Shown piece after piece: positions 26,324 to 35,575 of a stretch of DNA of 47,989 nt (positions within the stretch are counted from its first letter, which is position 1; each line of letters starts with the position of its first letter). The notes beneath the pieces were generated by a model that had not been told where the DNA came from, ran no database searches, and worked only from the letters and a program-made list of their open reading frames with translations. The stretch comes from Candidatus Giovannonibacteria bacterium RIFCSPHIGHO2_12_FULL_44_22. Lineage in GTDB: Bacteria > Patescibacteriota > Minisyncoccia > UBA11713 > 2-01-FULL-45-33. The stretch lies in the NCBI GenBank assembly GCA_001778695.1, contig MFHU01000017.1, forward strand, positions 21,214-69,202, given 5' to 3'. A program made the position numbers and the translations under genes.

Positions 26324-27162
26324 TGCAAGAGATTCACACGCCAGTTTTAGTAAAAGAATTGAGAGTACTTTTAAATCTTAAGTCGGGGGATAACGCGGTA
26401 GACGCCACTTTGGACGGAGGAGGGCACGCGCGGATGATGCTGGAGTTTATAAAACCGAACGGCAAAGTGCTGGGAATAGACCAGGATAAAAATATGGTTG
26501 AAAAAATGGCAGGAGAAAAAAATATCACTGCCGTCCTGGGCAATTTCAAGGATATTGATGAAATCATAAAAAAACGCGGGTTTAAAAAAATACGGGCCAT
26601 ACTTTTTGATCTGGGCATGTCGCGGTGGCACATAGAAGGAAGCGGCAGGGGATTTTCTTTCGGGAGACCGGAAGAGCCGATTTTGATGCAGATGGACGCG
26701 AGGTCTCAAAAAAATGCCGCGCTAATCTTAAACACTTGTCCGGAAAGCGAACTTGTGAGGATTTTTAAAGAATTCGGCGAGGTGCGCGCTCCATGGGAGC
26801 TCGCAAAAAAAATAATTTTGGCAAGAAAAGCAAAGCGTATTTATTCGGTGGGGGATTTGCTTTCCGCGTTAGGCATCAAAAATAAAAAAAGCCTTGCCAA
26901 AATTTTCCAAGCTTTGCGGATAGCGGTAAATAACGAGCTGGAAGCTTTAACGGAGGCCTTGCCCAAAGCGTTTGGCGCGCTGGACGTGGGAGGAAGGCTG
27001 GCGGTTATCTCTTATCATTCTCTGGAAGATAGAATCGTAAAAAATTTCTTTTCCACCAGAGGAAAAATTTTAACCAAAAAACCCCAAACCGCGTCCCAGG
27101 AAGAAATTACCAAAAACTCCAGTTCCAGGTCAGCCAAATTAAGAGTCTTAGAAAAAATTTAA
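26323..27162 (+). CDS. rsmH: 16S rRNA m4C1402 methyltransferase
   Basis: HTPVL, DATL.GGGH, FQALRIAVN.EL, ISYHSLEDRIVK, SRSAKLR. Confidence 0.96.
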   Translation: MQEIHTPVLVKELRVLLNLKSGDNAVDATLDGGGHARMMLEFIKPNGKVLGIDQDKNMVEKMAGEKNITAVLGNFKDIDEIIKKRGFKKIRAILFDLGMSRWHIEGSGRGFSFGRPEEPILMQMDARSQKNAALILNTCPESELVRIFKEFGEVRAPWELAKKIILARKAKRIYSVGDLLSALGIKNKKSLAKIFQALRIAVNNELEALTEALPKAFGALDVGGRLAVISYHSLEDRIVKNFFSTRGKILTKKPQTASQEEITKNSSSRSAKLRVLEKI

Positions 27163-27166
27163 TATT

Positions 27167-27547
27167 ATGAGCGTGCTCAATTTAACATTTTCATACGTCA
27201 GGCCCTATATCTACCAAGCCAGCGGAGCATTGGAAGATTTGAATTTCAGAAAGAAAAAAAATCTTTTGAAAAATTTGGCGATTATTTTTATTGTTTTGAC
27301 CGCTTTTTACGTTTATCTTACGGGTACGATTGTTGCCAAAAATCTTCAACGGGAGAATTTGGTAAACTTGCTGAATAAAACCGAGTTTGAGAACGCCGAA
27401 GCCGAAAGCATATTTATTAATGAAGGCTACGGCAAAGGCATGGCATATTTCATAGCGCGTGGCTACGAAGAGCCAAAAAATATAAGAGTTATAAAAAAAG
27501 CAGGAAATGTCGCCGTCAAGAATGTGGAAAAGCAAAATTTTTACTAG
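27167..27547 (+). CDS. FtsL-like single-pass membrane protein
   Basis: TM plus coiled coil, located between rsmH and ftsI. Confidence 0.55.
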   Translation: MSVLNLTFSYVRPYIYQASGALEDLNFRKKKNLLKNLAIIFIVLTAFYVYLTGTIVAKNLQRENLVNLLNKTEFENAEAESIFINEGYGKGMAYFIARGYEEPKNIRVIKKAGNVAVKNVEKQNFY

Positions 27548-29219
27548 CTCCGACAGGCTGAAACTTACGGTAATTTTTATTATTTTAATAGTCGCGGCCG
27601 TGGCCAGCCGCCTTTTTTTTATTCAGATTATCAGCCATCAGGCTTATCTGGATTTGGCCAAGAAACAGCAGGGATTCAGCAGGATTTTGGAGCCGAAACG
27701 CGGGGATATTTACTACAAAAATAAAAACGGCGAGCTCGCCAAAGCGGCCACTACGAAAGTAGGCTCTCTTTTATATTTAAATACCAAATTGTTAAAAGAA
27801 TCGGAAAATACGTTTAATAAGTTAAACGCCGTAACGTCAATAGACCGCGATTTATTTAATAAGATTGTAAAAAAAATAAACGACCCTTATGAAATTCTTA
27901 AACACCGCATAAGTCGGGAGGAAGCCGATAAAATCGCCGTTTTGAATCTTCCCGGCGTCGGGTTAGATGAAGAAAGATGGCGGGATTATCCGGCAGGAGC
28001 TCTCGGTAGCCATATTTTAGGATTTATTTCGGCGTTGTCGGCAGATGAAAGCGCTACCGGAAAATACGGCGCGGAAAAATATTACGACGGTATTTTAAAA
28101 GGCGCGCCGGGAAAAATCTCCGGCGACAGCGATCCCAAAGGAATTTTGATCGCTTTGAGCGAAGCCTCGCAAGTGAATCCAACCGAAGGGCAAGATTTGG
28201 TTTTAACCATAGAACCGATTGTTCAGCGCGCCGCCGAAGAGGAGCTTAAAAAATTAAAAGAAAAATGGCGCGCCACAGCCGGAGGGATTTTAATTATTGA
28301 CCCGAAAACCGGCGCTATAAAAGCTTTAGCCGGCTCTCCGGATTTTGACCCCAATAAATATCAAACTGAAAACAATCTCGGAGTTTTTTTGAATCCATAT
28401 GTGGAAAAAATATTTGAAATGGGGTCGGTTTTTAAGCCGCTCACAATGTCCGCGGCCCTTGACCAGGGAGTCCTTACTCCCGATACCGCCTATGTGGATA
28501 TGGGCCAGATTAAAATCGGTGACCGCATCATTAAAAATTTTGACGGCAAGGCGCACGGAACGCGCACCATGACTCAAGTTTTAGAGGAATCTTTAAACAC
28601 CGGCGCGGTGTTTGCCATGCAAAGCGTAGGCGAAGAAAAATTGAAAGAATATTTTCATAAATTCGGCTTGGCTGATAAAACCGGCGTAGATTTGCCGGGG
28701 GAGCTTAGGGGCGATCTTAGCAATCTTGAATCGGGCCGGGAGGTGGAGTTTGCCACGGCGTCTTTCGGCCAAGGAGTGGCCGTGACGCCTCTGGGATTTG
28801 CCATGGCGCTTTCCGCGCTAGCCAACGGCGGACATTTAATGAAACCTTTTATAAAAGACGGCACCGCTCCGCAAATCGTCCGCGACGTAATTAAACCGCA
28901 AACTTCCGAAACCATTACAAAAATGCTTGTTGACGTAGTAGATATGTCTTTAGCTGGAGGAAAACTCAAAATGCCTCGCATGAGCATCGCGGCTAAAACC
29001 GGAACAGCGCAAGTTGCCAACATCGGCGGCAAAGGCTACTCCGACCAATTTCTGCATTCTTTTTTCGGATATTTTCCGGCGTACGACCCAAAATTTTTGA
29101 TTCTAATATTTTTAGAAAAGCCCCAGGGCGTCAAGTATGCTTCGCAATCAATAACCGATACCTTCAAGGCCTTGGTTGAGTTTTTAATAAATTATTATAC
29201 AATTCCACCTGACCGATGA
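27507..29219 (+). CDS. ftsI: Class B penicillin-binding protein (FtsI/PBP3)
   Basis: RGDIY, GSVFK (SxxK), SLN (SxN), KTGTAQ; dcw cluster. Start uncertain. Confidence 0.88.
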   Translation: MSPSRMWKSKIFTSSDRLKLTVIFIILIVAAVASRLFFIQIISHQAYLDLAKKQQGFSRILEPKRGDIYYKNKNGELAKAATTKVGSLLYLNTKLLKESENTFNKLNAVTSIDRDLFNKIVKKINDPYEILKHRISREEADKIAVLNLPGVGLDEERWRDYPAGALGSHILGFISALSADESATGKYGAEKYYDGILKGAPGKISGDSDPKGILIALSEASQVNPTEGQDLVLTIEPIVQRAAEEELKKLKEKWRATAGGILIIDPKTGAIKALAGSPDFDPNKYQTENNLGVFLNPYVEKIFEMGSVFKPLTMSAALDQGVLTPDTAYVDMGQIKIGDRIIKNFDGKAHGTRTMTQVLEESLNTGAVFAMQSVGEEKLKEYFHKFGLADKTGVDLPGELRGDLSNLESGREVEFATASFGQGVAVTPLGFAMALSALANGGHLMKPFIKDGTAPQIVRDVIKPQTSETITKMLVDVVDMSLAGGKLKMPRMSIAAKTGTAQVANIGGKGYSDQFLHSFFGYFPAYDPKFLILIFLEKPQGVKYASQSITDTFKALVEFLINYYTIPPDR

Positions 29220-30490
29220 TAAAAAAAATTATAACAATGATTCTTGCTTGGGAAGCCAGAATCGCGCTGAAGCGCCATTCTCCGAAAGTCATAGGCATAA
29301 CAGGATCCGTTGGCAAGTCGTCCGCCAAAGAAGCCGTGGCTGCGGTTTTGGAAAGTAGGTTTAATGTCAGAAAAAGCATCAAAAGCTACAATAGCGAGCT
29401 AGGCATGGCGCTGGCTATTTTAGGATTAAAGACAGCTTGGAATAACCCTTTAAGCTGGATTAAAAATATCATTTACGGATTTAAAGAAGCTTTTAATCTG
29501 CCTGCCGGCAAGGCGGGCAAAAACTTCCCAAAAATATTGATTCTGGAAATGGGCGTGGATAGGCCGCATGACTTTGATAAATTGCTTAAAATCGCGCGTC
29601 CGGACATCGGAATAGTTACGGCTATCGGAGAAGTTCCGGTACATGTTGAATTTTTCGCCGGGCCGGAAGAAATTGCCAGCGAAAAAGCCAAACTTATAAA
29701 AAACTCAAGTTGGGCTATTTTAAATTTTGATGATGAAACAGTTTGGAACATGAAGCCAAAGGCCGGAGCGGAGATAATTGGTTTCGGCTTCGGAAACGGC
29801 GCGGATATTCTGGCTTCCAATTATAAAATTTCCGATGACGGTATTTCTTTTAAAATGGATTATAAAGGTTCCTCGGTGCCGGTGCGCCTTAAAAATGTTT
29901 TTGGAAAACATTCTGTGTACGCCGCTTTGTCCGCCGCGGCGGTGGGAATAATTTTTGAGATGAACCTTATAGAAATTTCGGAAGCGCTTTCAAAATACCA
30001 GGCGCCTCCCGGCAGATTAAGACTGCTTCCGGGAATTAAAAAAAGTTTGATTCTTGACGATTCATATAACGCTTCGCCGTTGGCTACCAATGCCGCTCTG
30101 GACACTCTTCAAGAATTAGATGGAGGAAGAAAAATTGTGGCTTTCGGCGATATGCTGGAGATCGGTAAATTTACCATTTTGGCTCATCAAACGGTGGGGG
30201 AGAAAATCGCTAAAATCGCGGATTATTTTGTCGCAGTCGGCCCGCGCTCAAAATTCGCCGCCGAAGAAGCTATCGTTCAAGGCATGGATGAATCTAAAGT
30301 GATAAATTTTTCAACTTCCCAAGAGGCAGCTATTCATTTAAAATCAAAAATTCAAGAAGGCGATTTAATTTTAGTTAAAGGATCGCAATCCATGCGTATG
30401 GAAAAAATAGTCGAAGAAATTATTGCCGAACCGGAAAGGGCTGGGGAACTACTTGCCAGGCAGGACGAATACTGGAAGAATAAAAAATAA
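29216..30490 (+). CDS. murF: UDP-MurNAc-tripeptide--D-Ala-D-Ala ligase
   Basis: GITGSVGKSS.KE, DDSYNASP, GDMLEIG, LVKGSQ.MRME. Confidence 0.9.
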   Translation: MIKKIITMILAWEARIALKRHSPKVIGITGSVGKSSAKEAVAAVLESRFNVRKSIKSYNSELGMALAILGLKTAWNNPLSWIKNIIYGFKEAFNLPAGKAGKNFPKILILEMGVDRPHDFDKLLKIARPDIGIVTAIGEVPVHVEFFAGPEEIASEKAKLIKNSSWAILNFDDETVWNMKPKAGAEIIGFGFGNGADILASNYKISDDGISFKMDYKGSSVPVRLKNVFGKHSVYAALSAAAVGIIFEMNLIEISEALSKYQAPPGRLRLLPGIKKSLILDDSYNASPLATNAALDTLQELDGGRKIVAFGDMLEIGKFTILAHQTVGEKIAKIADYFVAVGPRSKFAAEEAIVQGMDESKVINFSTSQEAAIHLKSKIQEGDLILVKGSQSMRMEKIVEEIIAEPERAGELLARQDEYWKNKK

Positions 30491-30508
30491 GCCTGCCTGC
30501 ACAGACAA

Positions 30509-30583
30509 GCCCCTGTCGTCTAGCTTGGTCTAGGACGCATGGTTCTCATCCATGTAACCCGGGTTCAAATCCCGGCGGGGGCA
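30509..30583 (+). tRNA. tRNA-Glu(CTC)
   Basis: CATGG-TTCTCAT-CCATG anticodon arm; T-arm CCGGG-TTCAAAT-CCCGG. Confidence 0.93.
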
Positions 30584-30596
30584 TAAAATCGGTTTT

Positions 30597-30965
30597 TTAT
30601 AATAGTATTCTATCAATGTCCTGTTCAATTGTTAAAAAATTTTCTTCAGATTTTATAATATACCCTCGCACCCCTAAAGCTATACCCTCACTGATCTTTT
30701 CCGTATCATCTAAATTAGAAACAATTAAAATAGGAATTGGCAACTCACCCGTTTGATTACCCGTCTGTATTTTTTTTAAAAATTCAATCCCGTTCATTTT
30801 CGGCATTTTCAGATCGAGTATAATTAAATCCGGCTTTATTTCATTTGTTTTTAATAACCCCTCTTCGCCGTCATAAGCCGCAAAAATTTTGTATTTTTTG
30901 GACAATAAACCAATCAATAATCGTGAAAAATCTCGGTCATCATCTATGATAAGTATCTTTTTCAT
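30597..30965 (-). CDS. Stand-alone response regulator receiver
   Basis: KILIIDDD, PDLIILDLKMPKMNG, GYIIK. Confidence 0.92.
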   Translation of the reverse strand: MKKILIIDDDRDFSRLLIGLLSKKYKIFAAYDGEEGLLKTNEIKPDLIILDLKMPKMNGIEFLKKIQTGNQTGELPIPILIVSNLDDTEKISEGIALGVRGYIIKSEENFLTIEQDIDRILL

Positions 30966-30966
30966 A

Positions 30967-32745
30967 TTATTCAAAGGGTATCATAAAGTAAAAAATACTA
31001 CCAACCTTCTCTTTTGAAATAGCGCCGACTGTTCCTTTATGCGCTTCTATTAGGGCTTTCGCAATAGAAAGCCCGAGTCCGGTTCCCTTTTTCCCATCCA
31101 AAGAAGCGGGGTAGAGTTGTTTGAATTTACCAAAAAGCTGGCTTATACTTTCAAGCGCTATGCCTATGCCGGTGTCATAAACGGCTATCGCAATCGCATT
31201 TGGGTAGTCTCGCGCCAAATCCGCGTTAATAGGAATTCCGGAGGAAACCCCGAGTGTTAAAAACTCATCGCTCAAAGAAAATCCTTTCTTATGCAAGAAA
31301 GCTATAATCTTAACCTCCCCTCCGCTTTTGGTGAATTTTAAAGCGTTGGAAATAAAATTATTTAAAACCTGCTGTATTGCCCGCGGATCAAGCCGCAACG
31401 CATCCGGCAGATCATTGCCGAATAGCGGATTCAATTTAATGCCTGCATCTTTGGCGGCTAACTCATAAAAGGAGATTCTGTTATTAATAATATCCTTAAT
31501 ATCCGCCGCTTCAAGCCTTATTTCGAATTTTCCGGCTTCAAGCTTCGCTAAATCCAAGATATCGTTGACTAAATCAAGCATGCGGGAAGCGTTTTGATAA
31601 ACCATCTGCAAATATTCCTGCGTATTCGCGCTGTTAACATCCGTCTCTTTATTTCGCAAAAGCTCGCTAATTTTTTTAATTCCGTCTAGCGGAGAGCGAA
31701 GTTCATGCACTATCATTGAAGTAAAATCCTTTCTGATGCGTTCAAGTTCAATCTCGTGCGTAATATCATGAAAAATCACAACGCCGCCCAAGACCTCCCC
31801 GGCTTTAAGGGAATATTTGTTTAAAACTGGAAATGTGAAAATTTGGAAAAATTTATCATTGATTAAAATTTTATCCAAAATATAAGACTTGTTAAGTTTG
31901 ACGCTTTCTTCCAGTTTTCCGCGAATATCAAATGTATTGCCGAGTTTGTCTATAAAATCAAAGATTGTGACTTCATTTTTCCCCTGCCAGCCGATTATAT
32001 TTTTCGCGGATGGATTCACGACCATAACGCGATAGTCTAAATCGGTCATAACCACGCCGTCCGCCATACTTTCTACCATGGCATTTAATTTGCTTTGCTC
32101 TGTTTTTACAACCTCTTGCAGTTTGGTTACAGCTTTAGAAGCTTGGCTCGTAATTTTATATAAAATTGTCATTTCCTCTTCTTTATACAATCCAGCTTTC
32201 GTATCGGACACTGTTAAAACGCCGACAACTCTATCTCCTATAGCCAATGGAATGTTGAAAAACGAGCGCACGGGCTCCTCAACTTCATCAACAATAATAG
32301 CTCCGGATAAAATCTCATTGACCTGTTCTCGCTTGAATTCTTTTTCTAAAAGGGCGGATAGCGATTTCAACATCCTGTCGCGCACTTCATCTATGAATCC
32401 GCGGTGCACGGATTTTTCCAAATGAACCTTAAAAAGCACTTTTTCAGGCTCAATGAGCATATAGGAAACCGCGCTATATTCAATAAATTGGTGAAGCGAC
32501 CCCGTGATTACATCAACAATTTGATGGACATCCAGAGAATATCCGACTCGATCACCTAATTCTTTTAAAATAGCTAATTCATACATTCTCTGGTGCATCT
32601 TACTTTCGCGATCTTCCAATTCCGCGCGGCGTACTTCAAACTGGGCGCGTACTTTGCGTTCACGCCTATACAAAAACAATCCAACCGCAAAAGCGGATGA
32701 AATTAACAAAAGAAACACAATAATACCTGCCGTTTCAGCAAACAT
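30967..32745 (-). CDS. Sensor histidine kinase (TM-GAF-PAS-HisKA-HATPase)
   Basis: HELRSPL, NFISNALKFT, DTGIGI, GTGLGL boxes. Confidence 0.93.
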   Translation of the reverse strand: MFAETAGIIVFLLLISSAFAVGLFLYRRERKVRAQFEVRRAELEDRESKMHQRMYELAILKELGDRVGYSLDVHQIVDVITGSLHQFIEYSAVSYMLIEPEKVLFKVHLEKSVHRGFIDEVRDRMLKSLSALLEKEFKREQVNEILSGAIIVDEVEEPVRSFFNIPLAIGDRVVGVLTVSDTKAGLYKEEEMTILYKITSQASKAVTKLQEVVKTEQSKLNAMVESMADGVVMTDLDYRVMVVNPSAKNIIGWQGKNEVTIFDFIDKLGNTFDIRGKLEESVKLNKSYILDKILINDKFFQIFTFPVLNKYSLKAGEVLGGVVIFHDITHEIELERIRKDFTSMIVHELRSPLDGIKKISELLRNKETDVNSANTQEYLQMVYQNASRMLDLVNDILDLAKLEAGKFEIRLEAADIKDIINNRISFYELAAKDAGIKLNPLFGNDLPDALRLDPRAIQQVLNNFISNALKFTKSGGEVKIIAFLHKKGFSLSDEFLTLGVSSGIPINADLARDYPNAIAIAVYDTGIGIALESISQLFGKFKQLYPASLDGKKGTGLGLSIAKALIEAHKGTVGAISKEKVGSIFYFMIPFE

Positions 32746-32763
32746 ATTATACCGATTTACTTA

Positions 32764-33159
32764 TTAATTCAAAACTTTTGCGAGGAGCTCTTTGCGAGTC
32801 TTGTAGAAAGTAACTGCCATTAATGAAGCGAAAACTGTTTCCGCAACATCTCCAAATCCTCCGATGTGTAGGATTTTTAGGCCAGAAAGCGTTCCGTAGA
32901 CCTCCAGTACTGCAAATGCAAGCGATGCCATTGCCAACATATTCCATGTTTTTTCAAGCGAACCTCCTTGCGACAAAGCTGCCAGCTTCACTGCAAAAAA
33001 AGCGCCGAAAAGCGCCAAGATTAAATTTAATCCTTCTAAGCCAATCTCCAAATTTTCCGGGATAAGCGAAAAATCGTATAAATAGCCGCTTTCTCCGGCC
33101 GCCAAAAGCATAATTGGCATAGCGAGCAAAAGCGCCCCAAAAATTATTTTATTTTTCAT
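32764..33159 (-). CDS. Membrane protein with signal peptide and about 3 TM segments
   Basis: Hydrophobic ORF co-oriented with the kinase. Confidence 0.7.
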   Translation of the reverse strand: MKNKIIFGALLLAMPIMLLAAGESGYLYDFSLIPENLEIGLEGLNLILALFGAFFAVKLAALSQGGSLEKTWNMLAMASLAFAVLEVYGTLSGLKILHIGGFGDVAETVFASLMAVTFYKTRKELLAKVLN

Positions 33160-33187
33160 ATTTTTGATTTTAAGATTAATTCTAAAA

Positions 33188-33463
33188 CTAATTATTAACG
33201 CTGACTTTGATTTCAGGATATTTGCTCATAATGGTTCCTACTATATTTTTTACGATAAGACCAGATAAACTCACGTATTCATCAATGAGCTTCTTTAATA
33301 CTTGCTGTGGATCGCCGTCTATCGCAGTAACGGCGCCGTCGTTTTCCACAGATATCTCTTTTATATTGCGCGCCTTTAAGACAGCGATATCCGGACCTAA
33401 TATGACGATTTGCTTCTTTATTATTTCAGTTAAAAGTTCTTTGTATTGTTCTGATGTAGCCAT
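33188..33463 (-). CDS. Hypothetical protein, 91 aa, first gene of the kinase cluster
   Basis: ORF with typical composition; TGgTATAAT promoter-like motif upstream. Confidence 0.7.
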   Translation of the reverse strand: MATSEQYKELLTEIIKKQIVILGPDIAVLKARNIKEISVENDGAVTAIDGDPQQVLKKLIDEYVSLSGLIVKNIVGTIMSKYPEIKVSVNN

Positions 33464-33603
33464 AAACTTTAATTTATAATTTTATTTTTAATTTTCGACC
33501 TTATGCTATTATACCACGCTACGCATATATAGGCATTGTGAACAATTTTATACCGATAGTCGTATTTTGTAAATTCTTTGAGTTCTGCTATTATTTGATT
33601 TAA

Positions 33604-34821
33604 ATGCTTGATATAAAATTCATCAGAGAAAATAAGGATCTAATCAAAGAAGCGGCTAGGAAGAAGCACGTGAAAGTTGATATTGACCGGATTTCGGCAA
33701 TTGATGAAAAAAGGCGGGCGTTGATTCAAGAAGTAGACGCGCTAAGGCAGGAACATAAAAAATTTACCGGAGTTTCGGATGAAGCCAAAATCTCAAAAGA
33801 TAAAATTTCCCATAAAGAATTTGAGCTGAAGGCGGTTGAGGATGAATTTAATGAATTGATGCTTCAAGTGCCAAACGTGCCAGACCCATCGGTGCCGGAA
33901 GGAGAATCTGACGCGGAAAATCAGGAAATTAGAAAGGTAAGAGAACCTAAAAAATTTTCCGGCCAAGATTATCTTTCCATTATGAAGCGGTTAGATATGG
34001 TGGATTTGGAGCGCGGAGTAAAAGTCTCTGGATTTCGCGGATATTTTTTAAAAAATGAAGGAGCGCTACTCTCTTTAGCTCTTTGGCACTTTGTGTTTGA
34101 TTTTTTGGTAAAAAAAGGGTTTGCGCCTTTTTTGGCTCCGGTTTTAATAAGAAGAGAAAATATGGTCGGCACAGGCTGGTTCCCGCAAGTTGAAGAGGAT
34201 ATTTATAAAACGCAGGATGATCTTTATCTTTCCGGCACCGCCGAAGTGCCGATGATGGGCTACCACGCGGACGAAATTTTAAAAGAAGAAGACCTTCCAA
34301 AAAAATACGTGGCATTTTCCCCTTGTTATAGAAGAGAGGTCGGGTCTTACGGTAAAGATACGAAGGGTATTTTTCGGGTTCATGAATTTTATAAAATTGA
34401 GCAAGTGGTGCTTTGCAGGGCTGATCATCAGGAATCAGTAAAGTGGCATGAAGAACTTACAAAAAATTCGGAAGAAATTATGCAAGCGTTGGAAATTCCT
34501 TACCGCGTAGTGATAAATTGCGGAGGCGATTTGGGGTTGGGGCAGGTCAAAAAATACGATATTGAGGGCTGGATCCCATCGGAGGGTCGGTACCGCGAAA
34601 CACATTCGGCGTCTTATTTTCATGATTTTCAAGCCAGGCGCCTTAATATAAAATATAAAGATAACGCCGGGAAAATTCATTTTATTCATTCCCTAAACAA
34701 CACCGCCATCGCCACGCCCAGAATCTTGGAAGCTTTTTTGGAAAATAATCTGCGGGAAGACGGCTCCATAAAAATTCCGGAGGCTCTGCAAAAATATTAT
34801 GGAGCTCGCGGATTATTATAA
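33604..34821 (+). CDS. serS: Serine--tRNA ligase
   Basis: MLDIKFIREN, GTAEVP, CYRRE.G..GKDT.G..RVHEF.K, HSLNNT. Confidence 0.96.
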   Translation: MLDIKFIRENKDLIKEAARKKHVKVDIDRISAIDEKRRALIQEVDALRQEHKKFTGVSDEAKISKDKISHKEFELKAVEDEFNELMLQVPNVPDPSVPEGESDAENQEIRKVREPKKFSGQDYLSIMKRLDMVDLERGVKVSGFRGYFLKNEGALLSLALWHFVFDFLVKKGFAPFLAPVLIRRENMVGTGWFPQVEEDIYKTQDDLYLSGTAEVPMMGYHADEILKEEDLPKKYVAFSPCYRREVGSYGKDTKGIFRVHEFYKIEQVVLCRADHQESVKWHEELTKNSEEIMQALEIPYRVVINCGGDLGLGQVKKYDIEGWIPSEGRYRETHSASYFHDFQARRLNIKYKDNAGKIHFIHSLNNTAIATPRILEAFLENNLREDGSIKIPEALQKYYGARGLL

Positions 34822-35575
34822 AAAAAGAAGAAGGCGGCAATTTATCGGCAAAGCTGTTATTTTTGGCTGGGGATTGTTATTGATTTTCTTTTTGGTTTGG
34901 GGATTTTTTTGGATACCGTATTTGCGAGTGGCGAATATTAAAGTAGAGGGCTATCAGGATGAAAATAGCGTAAAAATCGCTCTCGCGGATTATTTATCTT
35001 CACGCGGTAAATTTTTTCTGCCGCAAAATAATTTTTTTCTGCTAAACATTGGAGATGTCAAGCGAATTTTAAAAGAAAAAGGATTTGATCTGCAGGATGT
35101 AAGCAAGCAAATTCCCAACACACTTTTAATCCGTTTTATTTCAATGCCTTCGCTTTTTATTTTCTGCCAAGATAAAAGCTCCTGTTTTTACGTTAACAGC
35201 TCTGGCGTTTTGGGTGAGCGTGCTCCGCGTTTCAGCGAAAGCCCATTGCTAGAATTAGCAATCGCGGAGCAAATCTTCCCTAAAATAGGCGACCAAATTT
35301 TTTCGGAACAACAGGCCAGATTTTTGGGAGTGTTTCTTGATTCTCTAAAAAATTTAAATTTGGCGCTCTCAAAAATAGAAATCTCTGGAAACAAAGACAT
35401 CAAAATATTTACAAAAGAAGGATGGCATATTTTAACTTCATCGGATCTTGACGCGGACCGCGTTTCCCAAGATCTGCAATTGCTCATCTCTCAAAAAATC
35501 GCCGACAATCGCTCGCGACTAGAATACATAGACATGCGTTTTCCGAATAAGGCATTTTATAAATTGAAAAATTAG
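34799..35575 (+). CDS. ftsQ: FtsQ/DivIB-like cell division protein
   Basis: Basic N-terminus, TM, POTRA-like region, C-terminal EYIDMRF. Confidence 0.75.
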   Translation: MELADYYKKRRRRQFIGKAVIFGWGLLLIFFLVWGFFWIPYLRVANIKVEGYQDENSVKIALADYLSSRGKFFLPQNNFFLLNIGDVKRILKEKGFDLQDVSKQIPNTLLIRFISMPSLFIFCQDKSSCFYVNSSGVLGERAPRFSESPLLELAIAEQIFPKIGDQIFSEQQARFLGVFLDSLKNLNLALSKIEISGNKDIKIFTKEGWHILTSSDLDADRVSQDLQLLISQKIADNRSRLEYIDMRFPNKAFYKLKN

